A DNA stretch of 64,000 nucleotides. It comes from Octopus vulgaris (lineage: Eukaryota). The stretch is taken from contig OX597817.1 of assembly GCA_951406725.2 (NCBI GenBank), positions 134,230,001-134,294,000 on the forward strand. Direction: 5' to 3'. Below the pieces are notes generated by a model. The model did no database searches. It was not told the DNA's origin and worked only from the letters and a program-made list of their open reading frames with translations. The translations under genes were made by a program, and so were the position numbers. Below, piece after piece: positions 50,186 to 62,730 of this stretch. How positions within the stretch are numbered: position 1 is the first letter of the stretch; every line of letters starts with the position of its first letter.

Positions 50186-52353
50186 AATATAGTTTCAGCG
50201 ATGTAATTGAACTTAAACAAAGCGGCTTTCGGTAACGTAATAGTCTAAGGCAAAGCACGCGGCTTTGAACACTTTCAGTAAATTTTTTTTTTAACAAAAT
50301 CAAGATAATCAGACATAAATATAACTAAGACGATTAATCTGTAGGAATGTGGAAATTGGCTGTGGCAACTAAAACGGAAGGAACTGATACAAAGAACTCG
50401 ACGTGAATTACGAAAAAAAATAAAACCTTAGCTTTGGAAAGCAAATCGTGTGACAGTTTTTCTTTTCAAAGAGACTGCGTGTTGTGAAAGAATATTCTGT
50501 CTTAATCTCAAAAATATTTATTAACAGAAATAGTTCTTTAGATGTTTGCCAATGGCATTGTTCTCATAATCGAAAGGGAACTCTCCTGCTGTTAATTTTT
50601 ATGTTAATTTTATTGCATGTTGTTTGTTTATTCAGCACCCATACCACCGTGTATCTGTCTCTGTTATTGAGGAAAATAGCAACTAGTCACGACTTTGAAA
50701 GGTTTTAAAATTTCCAGTGTACAAGAAGGCATATAAATGAAAGTGTTATAAATATTCAAGACCTATTGTTGTACGAGACATTATGGGAAGGCGATTCATA
50801 AAATCTTTATTATTGAAAAATAAACAAACACCAAATAAATTCGTCTATGAGGTTTAACCAAACAGAATCACAGAGCAGGGCATGCTCTTACCATGTCCTA
50901 ATACGTCAGAATAATATAAACGAGTTATTTTGAAATGGATTGGCCCAAACGGTCAGAGATTGAGATAGTTGTCTTTACAGTAAAATTAATTCCTCACGCT
51001 ATACCACAATACGCAGAAATAGAGCAGCGTAGACTTATTAAAAGGTGGGAAGAGATATTAAAATAAATATGAGACATTCGTATCCCGGCAGCTGAACCAG
51101 AACATCTAAAATGAGAAACACTTTTACGAAATAATATAAAATAACTTAGTCACACTAAAAAAAAAAAAACAACTCGCACAAGGACCAAAACGGATGATAT
51201 AGATTCTATATTATAGAATTAGTTTACAGGAAACATGCTGCAAACACGAAGCACAACCGAAAAGAATATCAAGCCAACCCGCGTTACAAAAGAACACACT
51301 CCAAACACGGACTACAGTCGACAAGAATATGAAACCAACCCACGTTACGAAAAAAGAAAAGCGCTCCAAACAGCCGAAAGTTAGACTAATTTTTTTTGAT
51401 TTTGTGCAATTCCCTAGTTTAAACAGAAGCATATGTTTATAAGGAACAGAGTTTCAGGGCAATATACGTACATACACACAGAGATGTACCTATACGCATA
51501 TGTATAAAGACTTATGCAACTATCCAGACCTGCATAATCTCATGTTTTTATATCTGATGGTTTTATTTTAATATGAAATAAACTCCAAATGATAGTCAGT
51601 ATGTGAAGTGGTGGGAAATATTTATGGAGAGATTGGTTGTAACTGTAGTTTCACCAATTAAGACTTCTTCAACTGCAGTGTGTGTGTGTGTGTGTGTGTC
51701 TATGCGCTCACACACATCTAACGTACTAACGTTTGTGTACACGCACACAAAGAGTAGCATCTGTTATACAACGGGGTCGTTTGTAACTATACTAACCCTC
51801 ATGGGTAATATCAGAAAATACAACATACCTACATTAATTATATTTTAACTTTTATCGAATTTCTTGGTGATTATAGAAAGCGATGAAAGGAAATACTAAT
51901 TTTAAAAAAAGTATTTATTTCCTTAGAATTACTCTTTCATAAATACTCTTTCATTTACACCTCCTCCTCCCTTGTCCCTACGATTCTTTCTCTCTCACTG
52001 GGTGTGTGTATGTGGGTGTGTGTAGTGTTTTTTCCTCTGCTCGACACCAAGCTTCGTATATGTACTCATCCTGCACTTCTTATGTTCACTCTCTCTCTCT
52101 CTGTCTCTTTGTGATGAGTTTGGATATTAATTTCCTTATATTAATAATAATAATACATTATTAAAAATATATGTATATATATATCGCTCGTATTAAATAT
52201 ATAAATACTTTAATAGTATTAATATTTTTATACAACGGAGCACTCAATATAAATTCAGTACATGATATTCTCATTGACTATATTTAACTAAAGTTTTGTA
52301 TCTCTTTACGATGTAAAGAGAGACTGAAAAGATCAATAAAACATTTGTATTAT

Positions 52354-52407
<54 letters not shown>

Positions 52408-52408
52408 G

Positions 52409-52600
52409 AGAGGGGGGGCTGCAAAGTTCCTGGCTTTAAGGGTATCGAGAAAAATCTATTTGGAGATAGAAACATTTACAGGGCTTAGAAAAACTGAAGG
52501 GCCGCTGCAACGTGTGTGTGTGTGAATATCTTAAATAAAATCAATTAACTGAACCCTTGTATTTCCTTTTAGTCATAGCCAGGAGCTTTTCAGCCCCCCC
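52409..52600. mobile_element. mariner-derived MITE
   Basis: TIRs GGGGGCTGCAAAGTTCCTGGCT / AGCCAGGAGCTTTTCAGCCCCC; interior resembles a transposase C-terminus (GLEKL). Confidence 0.7.
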
Positions 52601-52639
52601 CCCCCCTAAACACACACACACACACACACACATACACAC

Positions 52640-53030
52640 AGAGAGTGTGCGACAAAAGTATTTTGTTTATTAACTTTTATTGATGGAAAATAGATTACAG
52701 TGGTTTAAGAAAATTTGTAAATATTAAAACAACGTGGTGTGTTATGATTATCAAACTATTTAACAAGTTCAAAACGCGCCCCCTGGCGATCAATACAATT
52801 CTGAACCCTACCAGAAGCACTTCCACAAACCATTTGACATACTTCTACGTTAATTGCAGATAATTGAACCGGTAAACATCTTTCAATAGGCCCCACAAGC
52901 AAAAGTCAGGTGATGTTGGATTTAGTGATCATGATGGCCACTCAATTACTCTGAGTCATCCTCTCCACCTCCGTACAAAATTAAGATTTAACCATTCTGG
53001 GACGGTTAAACCATTGTAGGCGCAATAAAG
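52640..53030 (-). mobile_element. Tc1/mariner superfamily transposase 3' relic
   Basis: WPS*SLNPTSPDFCLWGLLKDVY resembles WPPRSPDLTPLDFFLWGYLK..VY; QGARFE near the end. Confidence 0.6.
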
Positions 53031-53197
53031 AAGAAACGATGTATGATAAAATACAAAATTATCTAAAATTAAAAATGCTTGAAATTTATGGAGTAGAAAA
53101 TCATAAAAACATATGCAAAAGGGTCGGCGTTGCTTCTGTCACGCCCTGTGAGTGTTTGTGTGTGTATATATATATATATATATATACATACATACAT

Positions 53198-53319
53198 ATC
53201 ACCGTGATCACCGTGACTGACCAGGCTATCAGATGTTACTACACATCGCTGGTCACAATGCACTTCACATTGTTTTCACCTTCAAATGACGCCACCCCGC
53301 TGGCTAAGCGAGCAGGCCA
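53198..53319 (+). mobile_element. Short dispersed element embedded in (TA)n
   Basis: Homologous to 2791-2892; TA repeats on both sides. Confidence 0.7.
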
Positions 53320-53472
53320 TATATATATATATCTAACAAGCTGACCTGCCAATACTTGCTATACCAGATTGGAGGAGATGGCTGTTACAGCACTTTGAAC
53401 ACACCCAACAAAATACTGTTTGTCACAGCTGAATAGTTTTCAGAACGTGAAGAAAACATTGGAAGCTCATTA

Positions 53473-54775
53473 CGAGGTAATATCAAAGATTCCCGCATTA
53501 GTTATGTTTAGTAAAAATAATTTACTTACCTAAGTTTTAGCGTCATCTCCTTGGAAATAGTCACCTTGCGCAGCAATACACAGGTTCCGGCGTTCCCGCC
53601 ACTTTTCGGATCAGATTTGGATGTTGTTTTCTGTTTGTGAGTCGAAAACCTGCGATTCGTTCTGGATCTTGACAACGGAAATAAAACGGTGGCCTGTGGT
53701 CTGCCTTTTCATCTTGGGGGAAGAGAAGGAAATCTGCAGGGGCTAAATCTGGCAAATAAGGCGGGTGCGAAAGCGATACCATGTCGTTTTTTGTTGGCGA
53801 GAAACTCACAAGCGAGGAGAGCTGGGTGACAGGCTGCAAGTGACAGGATGCAGGTGTCATCATAAAGAATCCAATTCTTCGTAGATCAGATCTCTTTTGC
53901 CGAATGTCCTCCATCAATCGCTTCAAAACATCGCAACAGAACCCCGGGGGACTGAATCCTCGATGCAATATCGCGGATGCCAGAGAAAACGATGAGCTTA
54001 CTCTTGATTGAGCCGCGGCTCTGTCGTGCCTTCTTTGGTCGTTGAGATGAAGAGCTCTTCCATTGTGACGACTACTGCTTCGTCCCAGTGTCGTACCTGT
54101 AGACCTAACTCTCGTCACCGGTGATGATTCAAGACATGAAGGATAGGTCATTAGCTGACAGAGACCTTGATAGCCTTCGACGTGTTAATCCTTCTGCTCA
54201 GTGGTCAGCAGGAGGGGGACAAACTTGGCAGAGACAAGCTGCATGTTCAATTCAGACGTTAAGATTGTCTGCACGGACCCATACGACAGATGAACGGCAT
54301 CAGAAATGTCGTTGGTTCTCCTCCAACGATCCTCATACACAAGCTGATGAAGTTTCTCCACATTTCCAGGCGCGGGGGTAGTGACACTCGTGGTAGGTCT
54401 TCCAAATCGCTCATCCTCTTCAGGAGAAGATCTTCGGCTTTTGAATTGCCCTGCCACTTGAAACATTGCGTGCAACCCATTGCCGCGTCGCCGTAAACTT
54501 GCCAAAGCATGCTCAAATGGTCTGTAGAAGACTTCCCAATTTCAACGCAGAATTTCACGTTGGCTCTTTGTTCCTGTCCATGACAAAATCGCAGATTACA
54601 GCATACACGTAATCACAAACACAAATTCCACAACATGCAAAGTCAATACAGTGATGCCACTCTGCACACTTCCTCATGAGGTGTGCACTGGTAGCTTTCA
54701 CTGCGCAGGCAGCCATGTGCTGTCATCTGTTGGCGTGCTACAGAACTAGTCCTGGAACCTTTTGATACCAACATG
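53473..54775 (-). mobile_element. Full-length but inactivated mariner transposon
   Basis: TA flanks, imperfect ~30-bp TIRs, KFCVEIGKS HTH, SAKFVPLLLTTEQK, ITGDE, HPPYLPDLAPADFLLFP; frameshifted. Confidence 0.92.
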
Positions 54776-55001
54776 TACGCATTAAACTGGCCTAAACGCT
54801 ACAAAGTACTTGTGAAATGACCCCGGCTCGTTATAGATTATCTTATTTGAGCCGAACATGTGTTTCGCTGGCGCAAGAGTTTCAAGGACGGTACTGAGGA
54901 GGTGAGAAATGATGACAGGTACGAGAGGGAGAGGAACACCATAACAGAACTGGTAGAGAAAATTGGCAATATTCCGGATGAAGATAATCGTGTGTCTATA
55001 A

Positions 55002-55063
55002 AACTGGTTCTCAACCCTTTTACTTAAATGAGTTTTCTCACGGGCCCCTTTTTAAATGCTTAT

Positions 55064-55110
<47 letters not shown>

Positions 55111-55185
55111 TTTGAATTTTGTTCTCTGACTCCCAGACCTTGGCGGACCGCCCGGGGTCGGCAGACTCCAGGTTGGGAACCACTG
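55002..55185. mobile_element. hAT (Charlie-like) MITE with internal (TA)n
   Basis: 8-bp TSD GTCTATAA at 54994-55001 and 55186-55193; TIRs AACTGGTTCTCAACC / GGTTGGGAACCACTG. Confidence 0.85.
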
Positions 55186-55735
55186 GTCTATAAAGACAAT
55201 AAACACTGTCTGAAGTTGCTGTCGCAAATGTACACTTATTTATGAAGATCCGAATATGCAGGGTTTGTGTGGCGCCTGTTTCCGGGATGCTCAGTGACGA
55301 CCAGAAGGAAAGACGCGTTTCTGACAGCAGGGAAAAGGTTGAGCTCATTACTTCCAATCAAAGAGTACTGGAGTCTCCGGTGACCTCTGACGAAAGTCCT
55401 GAAAGCAATGGACGTTAAAACTATCCCTCACTACAGTCCAGATCTTTCTCCTTGTTACTTTGGTTGTTCCCCAATCTGAAGTAGAACCTCAGGTGCACTC
55501 GTTTTGAAGTTGAAGAGGTGATTACAAGAATCTGGGAAACTCGGAAGAACTTCAATGGCGCTTTCACAAAGTGGCTACAGCTCCATAAAACGTGCATTGA
55601 GTTCAGCCGGTCCTACTTTGAAGGAGATTAGTTTTGTAATTAATTGAAATTAAATCTCTTCTGAAAATTTCAAAACTTCTGGAATGCTCAGTGAGGGGGA
55701 GGGAGTGATTGAGTGAGGGAGTGTGTATGCACGTG

Positions 55736-55776
<41 letters not shown>

Positions 55777-55916
55777 CCACTTTATTTAAAAGCAGCAGAA
55801 ATATAACAGAAGCTGTTACTCGGAGTTGAAGTAAAGCATATTACTCTACCTCTAGTATTTGAGTACTCTTTTTTCCACCTTGTTTCACATTTAAGTGCTT
55901 ATTCCGGTATATATAT

Positions 55917-55954
<38 letters not shown>

Positions 55955-57459
55955 CTTGTAAGAGTTTACTGTAAGCGATGGGGTGAACATACTTATAAAA
56001 ATGTAATATAACCAGTGGGGATGGGCAATGTGGGATTCTGTTTCATACGGTTTACATGGGAATTGCGATTATTAGCAGAAATTTAAGAGATGTTCTGTAG
56101 TTGCTTCTTATCCTCTTGTGAAATGTTTAAGACGAATGGGATTTGCCGATAATATTCGAACCGGAAATATGAAATATCGGAATTATAAATTTAGAATTGG
56201 GTTATTTTAAATATAATCTAAGGATTTATATTTCTAGTAAAAGTTTTATTTTATATAATATAAGTTTATAAAATTAAAATATAGTCATTAGCAACGTGAA
56301 AATGTAACGGATTCAAAAGTGTCTCTGTTTCATAAAAGCCGGTTTAAGTGTTTATAACTGTTTTATTAGCCAATACAAGTGTTTTATGTAAGTGTTTTAT
56401 TAGTTGATGTTTCAGTTATGTTTTTTTTTTACATATATGTAGAGAGAAAAGCGAGGGAGTAGTGAAACGTGTTACATATTTAACGTAAGCGCAGGATATA
56501 TGTCTTTTACCTTACGGAAAAATAATTTTTTTACAGGAGTTTTGCAGTGTTTTTCCATGAAGTAATTTGTGATGGAATAAAATTTTGGGAAAATAGAATA
56601 GTATATTTATTGCGAATATTAAAATGAAGAATTCGTTTTTAAATTTTATGAATTTCGTTTTGAAAAATTATTATTCATTACATCATTATGTATAAGAACT
56701 AAGAAATTTGGAAAAAGTTGAATTAAAATTATTGCATGTGTGTAATATTTTCTAATATTACCCAGGGTGGCAAAAGTATTCTTTCAAAGTGAAGTGTCGT
56801 ATAACAAGTAACACTAGAATCTACCTAATTTAAATTTTGATGAAATCTTTGGTTTCAGTTAATCCACTTTCAATCAGTTGTAAGTATCTGAAATTTATAT
56901 TAAAATGGGATTGGTTTCTAAACGTTAATAAACGGAAATATAATAAATATTCATAACATTTCGCATTCATGGCTAATAGATTACCAACGAGATAAGAAGG
57001 AAGCAGTTCATTTTTTTCTCGACAAACTAAACCTTTACGGGTTTCAGCAGCGAAATTTGCATCAAGGGTTGATAGGATTGAAGCGTATATACAATTACAC
57101 TACACTTGATATTTAATTACAAAATAAACAAACATAGGTTGCTATCAGAAAAGATGCTCTTTCCATAAATATCTATTTGAAAACGCGTATATCTATCCGA
57201 ACACACAGATCCTAATAAAACATATCTATTGCTTAGTATATATCTATCTATTTTTACACTGGTTTTACTCTATCTTTACTTCACATTGTCGCATATCTCC
57301 TAACGAGACAGGAATGATTCTCGGTCGCCTTTGCCTCACATTGGAATACCTTTTTCAGCTCAATCTTTTTCGACTTTGGAATCGATCTGTTACCTTCTGT
57401 TATCGATCATTTCTAACTTTTAATCTGCTGAACTAAAACATTCACATCTGGGATTATCA

Positions 57460-57720
57460 ATGGGCTTCATTAACCCTAAAATGGCCGCATTAACTTTGTG
57501 ACCTCATTAAACTTATTGACCATGACCTCTTTAATGCTTTAATCGTGGAATTGCATAATACAGTCCCATCTCATTCTGACTGATAATTACTAATGTCCTT
57601 AATCAAGGATCTGTCTTGCTAGGCCGTTTCACCTCGATCTCCTGATGGCGGGAAAGCCGAGTCTCATGAATTCCTTACACATTAACATGATCCACTAGCT
57701 CAGCTATCCCAGGTATGCTG
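57460..57720. promoter_or_regulatory. Candidate cis-regulatory module
   Basis: Non-repetitive island with YY1-like AAAATGGCCGC, TGACCT plus TGACCATGACCT, E2F-like TGGCGGGAAA and many TAAT/ATTA; motif evidence only. Confidence 0.25.
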
Positions 57721-59023
57721 CTTTGTATTTTATTTTTACTCTTTATTATGAAGTTAATCTCATCTAGTGACGCCAATCACTTTGCTTGTCCGTCTTCCAT
57801 TTCTGATCTTTTTTTTATTTCCGCTCAGTAAGGTTCCGCTTCCAACCATCATGGCCGCCTTAAGTAGACGATTTTATTGATCAAACTTATAAAGTTTATT
57901 AGTGTATGTCCGATCAGTTTGTCTCAGTTTGGGTATTGTTAGCATATACAAAGTTTGTTAAGATGCAGGAATCTTACAATCAATTCCTCGCGTAGGTTAA
58001 TAATATTCGATTTAATTCTATTCATATAGAAGAACTCAAATGCACACATTCCATACCAACCACCGCCACCTTCATATCGCTGCACATCACATATAAAATG
58101 GACCAAGCAATTCTATGTTTAATGTTATCAGTGAATGGTTGTACAGTTTTAGCTAGATATATGCTATTAGCCTTATCTTCATGTCTAAACGTATATGTGT
58201 TCATTCCAGCGAAGTTTGAATGATGAAAACGACGCACCAATATAAAAATACTCTTTACCATGTGCAGTGAAAGAACACTTGCACCTTATGTTTCTTTTTC
58301 AAGCACTGGTTATTAATTGGACACTGATTTACTACGACAGTTACAATGTTAGTTTGATTATTGGTAAGTAAAACGGGTGTTGCTCGTTTATATTTAATAG
58401 TTATTTTATCAAAGCGCGGTGCATCGGCACCTTGTTCATTTGCATTAGATAAGATATTACGGTTATTTAGATGGCTAAGAGTGGTGCTTTTACGTAAACG
58501 GTCAGTTGTTATACTCATATATTATTACAGCTTAATTTACCACAGTTAAATCTTGCTAGATATTCACTAATATTAGACACGATAGGACCAGCCAATTTAA
58601 CAGTGTGGCAATTGAAAATTCTATGATACAGGTTGGATTTAAGGAAGTGTCTGTCTAACGTTTGAAAAAATTCAAAACGCACATTTGAAGCAACGTTTGC
58701 ACTCTTACATAATCGATTTTTATTTCTAAACTTATTCCGATTAGTTGCAAGAGGATCTATAGCAATTTGATTACTTTGGATATTGATCATATTTATATTA
58801 TCATATTTTACTCCAGTTACACGGATGTTGTTATGATTATTATTAAGGCGGCAAACTGTAGCAGAAACGTTTGCACGCCGGGCAGACCGCATATTTCTAG
58901 TGACGTTAATAATATAGCTGTAATTGTTATAGCTATAAGCACAATGATCGACAATCGAAATACTATTTTCTCTGTTTCTAATGTTTGTGCTTTTCCAACT
59001 GCTATTAATGCTACTAGGATGTG

Positions 59024-59063
<40 letters not shown>

Positions 59064-59290
59064 AAGGACCCTGAATTGCGATATAATAGAACTATGATTA
59101 AGTATATCAGAAGAAATATATATAAGTCGAAAAATTTTGGCATTTTACTGTTTTCCTTATTATTTATATAATATTATGTTATATATATTGTATTCATAGT
59201 ATTTAATGTAATATTGTAATATAAATGAATTATTGGATTTTCAATAGAATATCTCTATATTTAATTTATCTTTATGTATATATACACACA

Positions 59291-60190
59291 TGAGGTGGTA
59301 TCAAAGAATTTCCAGACTAGTTCTCTTTAATAAAAGAAAAAAATAACTTATTTACCTAAGTTTTAATCTCCTGCAAAATAGTCTCCCTTCTGCAGCAATA
59401 CATCGTTCCCGGCATTCCTGCCACTTTTGGAATCCGGCCTGGAAGATGTTTTCTGTAATCGAGTGGAGGGCTTTCTGCGATTCACTCTGGATCGCAACAA
59501 CGATATTAAAGCGGCAACCTTTGAGCTGCCTTTTCATTTTGGGGAGAAGATGGAAGTGTGCAGGTGATAAATTTGGCGAATCGAACGGGTGTTGAAGCAA
59601 TACCATGTATTTTTTTTTCTTTTGGTTTTCCTTTCTGGCGAGAAACTCACGAGTAGAGCTCCTTGACAGGGTGCATTGTCGTAATGAAGAATCCGGACGT
59701 TAGAATCATCTGCTCGCACACATACGACAGGCTAACAACATCAGCAATGTCATTGTCTTCAGACAATCCACATGAACAAGGCGATGAATTTTCTCTACAC
59801 ACCCAGGAGTGGCACTCGTGGCCGATCTTCTAGATCACTCATCCTCCTCCAGGTACGTTCTTCCGCTTTTGAAGCGGCCGTGCCATTCGAAATATTCTGT
59901 GTAACCCATTGCGTCTTAAGCTTACCGAAGCATGCTCAATGTCTCTGTAGCAGACCTCCCTAAATTTCACGTTGGTCTTTGTTCTGGCTTCTTGTCTATG
60001 ACAAAATCGCTGACTACAGCTTACATGGGATCACAAGGACACAAATCTCACATCTTGCGAAGTAAAAACAACGATGTCACTCGGCCCACAGCCCCATGAA
60101 GGTCATTGGTAGTTCTTATTGCGCGCGCAACCGTGTGCTACCATCTAGTGGCACGCTACAGAACTAGTCCTGGAACTTTTGGGTATCATG
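59291..60190 (-). mobile_element. Internally deleted mariner, same family as 53473-54775
   Basis: Same termini (GAACTAGTCCTGGAAC; TGAGGTGGTATCAAAG); HPFDSPNLSPAHFHLLPKMKRQLKG; about 400 bp shorter, junction near 59715. Confidence 0.88.
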
Positions 60191-60194
60191 TACA

Positions 60195-60345
60195 TTTTTA
60201 TTGATATTTAGCCGAAATAACAGAGTGACTCAAGGTCCGAGGTCTTCGTGCGTTAGCACTTATCGAACTAGTCTCTTCAAACTCCAATGCAAGAAACTCT
60301 CGGGCGTTGAGTCACTCTGTTATTTCTGCTGAATATTAATAAAAA
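60195..60345. repeat. Inverted repeat, ~47-bp arms; possible MITE
   Basis: GAAATAACAGAGTGACTCAA / TTGAGTCACTCTGTTATTTC. Confidence 0.85.
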
Positions 60346-60663
60346 GATACATATCCTCATATTTTGAATTTTATTTTTCCTGTTTGCATCAACATTCCTG
60401 TCCTATATGAAATTTTCAGTATTGTTTATTCAACATCACTTGTGTTTCATTTGTTAATAGGAAATACAAAATTGTACATGTAGAAAAAAACATGTAGGAT
60501 ATCTCCTCTTAGAAATTCTTCAGACATAATTTTACATTATTTTGTGGAGTGCAAATTTATTATTCATAAGAAAGAATGTTTGTGACAGTGACTTCGTAAT
60601 GTTCATCAGTTAAGCCATCGTCGGCCTTCCTATGTAAATAATATTCAGACAGACAGACAGATA

Positions 60664-61222
60664 ACTTTCTTTATTGGCCACACAGGGATGAACACAGAGA
60701 GGACAAACACAAATGTAGAACTTTTCTTTTCGAAAATGAAAAGCAAAAGGAGGGAAAAAGGGAAAAAAAGTAAAATTCTGATCAAAAGGGATTGGGGGAA
60801 AAAGAAAATGATCAAAAGGGATCAGAGAATAATTTTAAAAATGTAAAAAGCAAGATTAGGTCTATCCGTGGAAAGAAAAGCTTACGGAAAAGACCACGAT
60901 AACCTCAAGCAAGGAGGGAGTAAAGACATGAGAGCAAAGTGCTCTATCTCTCTGTTTTTTCGATATACAGGATAATGCTCAAAGTGGTTTCATCACTTGC
61001 ACGTACCATCTTTGCTATATTCACACACCTTTTTTTGAAACTTGTACGAGACAAAATCTGGCTCTCCATTCTCACGTAGTATTTGAAAATGTCGATGAGC
61101 GACCATGGCCACCAGTACGATGAAGACTGCCTTGCCTTCTCGGTTGAGGGAAGGTGGCAGATCAATTTTCACGATTGACCCAGCTGACAGGTGGACTCGG
61201 CCCACACGTGACAGCAGCCGTT
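60664..61222 (-). mobile_element. 5'-truncated L1/Tx1-like LINE 3' end in a (GACA/GATA)n tract
   Basis: Decayed coding RLLSRVGRVHLSAGSIV..KAVFIVLVAM..FKKRCV, T-rich 3' UTR ending GTGGCCAATAAAGAAAG; microsatellite on both sides; clade is inferred. Confidence 0.55.
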
Positions 61223-62556
61223 ATAGACAGACAGATAGATAGATAGCTAGATGGATAGATATCGGTTTGATTCACCAAGAAGCCGATTGCAACTGTTACT
61301 GAATATGTGCCTCCTACCAAATGTGCTCAGTGCCACTTTTTCATAGTGTATATTTTTCTAATATAGGTGGGAAGTAAGGCTTTATATATATAATTCCTTG
61401 AATAAGAGACAGAAACTTGTATAGAAGTATGTTACAAAACTTTGGAGAAGAGTTTCATGGCAAAACAACTAGTTAAGTTGTATTGACTATTTCTCTAAAT
61501 GGAAAGCAGAATTGATGTAAGGAAAATCATAAATTATGCAGGCAAGAGATTTTAAAATAAACCCTCTGTATTTAAACATTGTATTGTGGAGAGTCTCGCC
61601 AAGTCGAACTAGCAGATAATTGTAGTATTATACTCTACCATAAGTGCTGGAAAACTAATTTATTCTAATTACGGAATATTGTGTATATACATAGACATTA
61701 ACGTCAGGTTGGATTGATGAATTCTATAGAACTGTATCTTTGGATTTACTTCAATATCTGAGGAATAACATTCAAATATGTATAGAGAAATAAATATATA
61801 ATATAGTCATCTTTCTTTTAAACAAATGGTTACAGAAGAATATAATTATGTGAGTGTGAACGTATGTTTATGTATTAAAGACATGGAAATAAAAGCATTT
61901 GATGCAACTGCTTCAAGATTTACCTGCGAAGATAATTTCTACATACTTAGCTAGACAAAGATATAATTATACGGCATACGTAGCTTTAAATACCGTTATC
62001 TTTGGCAGAGTCGTGTCAAATAAATATGTCTATATGGAAATTGTACGTCGTCGGTGGAGATAATGTAGTATGTGTTCAAACATTGGTATTATCTAATCAA
62101 ATAGAAAATGTCATATTAGGAGAAAGTGTGCGAATGTAAATACACAGAAGTAGGCATTAAAATACAAATTATTGAAATCTGTTAAAATGGAAGCGGTTGA
62201 TACGAGGTAGGGAAATAACAGCTTTGTTTGTCTGAAATAGTTGTTTGTGTTTTGGATCAGAAATGGCTGAAAAAATGAATATATTAAGAGAAAACCTTGG
62301 GCAAACTTAAAAAATTGATGCATTTAAAAGGAAATTGTAAGATTAATAATTAAACATAATTACATGATGTTAGCTGAGCCTTAGGTGAAAAAAAATTAAG
62401 AAAGAGTGGAAAGGTGTAAAATGTGGGAGATTTTAAATTCTAGATTATGAAATGCAATTTTGTTTATTCTATAATAGATCAGTACTGCTATTGTAATGTT
62501 AAAATAACAGAAATTGGCCTCCTTGTTTATTAGTTTCTTCTTTTATAGAGAAGTTA

Positions 62557-62730
62557 CAGTATCAACAGGTGTGTAATACGCACTCCCGCATAAGACGCAC
62601 CCCTGTTTTAGGAGTTTGTGTTGTGACGGGGTGAGGAATCAAATTTAGCAGGTTTCATCATACATTTATTGAAATATATCTTAAAGTGGGTTTGTGGGGC
62701 GAAACGTATGACTGCATGTAAATACACCGC
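62557..62730. mobile_element. Possible pogo/Tc2-type MITE remnant
   Basis: TAATACGCAC..ATAAGACGCACC subterminal repeats and TGTAAATAC at the other end. Confidence 0.35.

Larger units (their letters stand above)
53335..55690 (+). mobile_element. Older plus-strand mariner interrupted by two later insertions
   Basis: Pieces: KKTLEAHYA across the TA at 53471/54776, FRWRKSFKDG..V..D.R (54.86-54.93 kb), LSDDQKERRV..VTSDES, HYSPDLSPC; outer limits approximate. Confidence 0.75.

Noticed and set aside
58022-58892. Run of adjacent minus-strand ORFs, possible viral or Polinton relic
   Set aside because: No motif I can recognise; BLASTX or an HMM search would be needed
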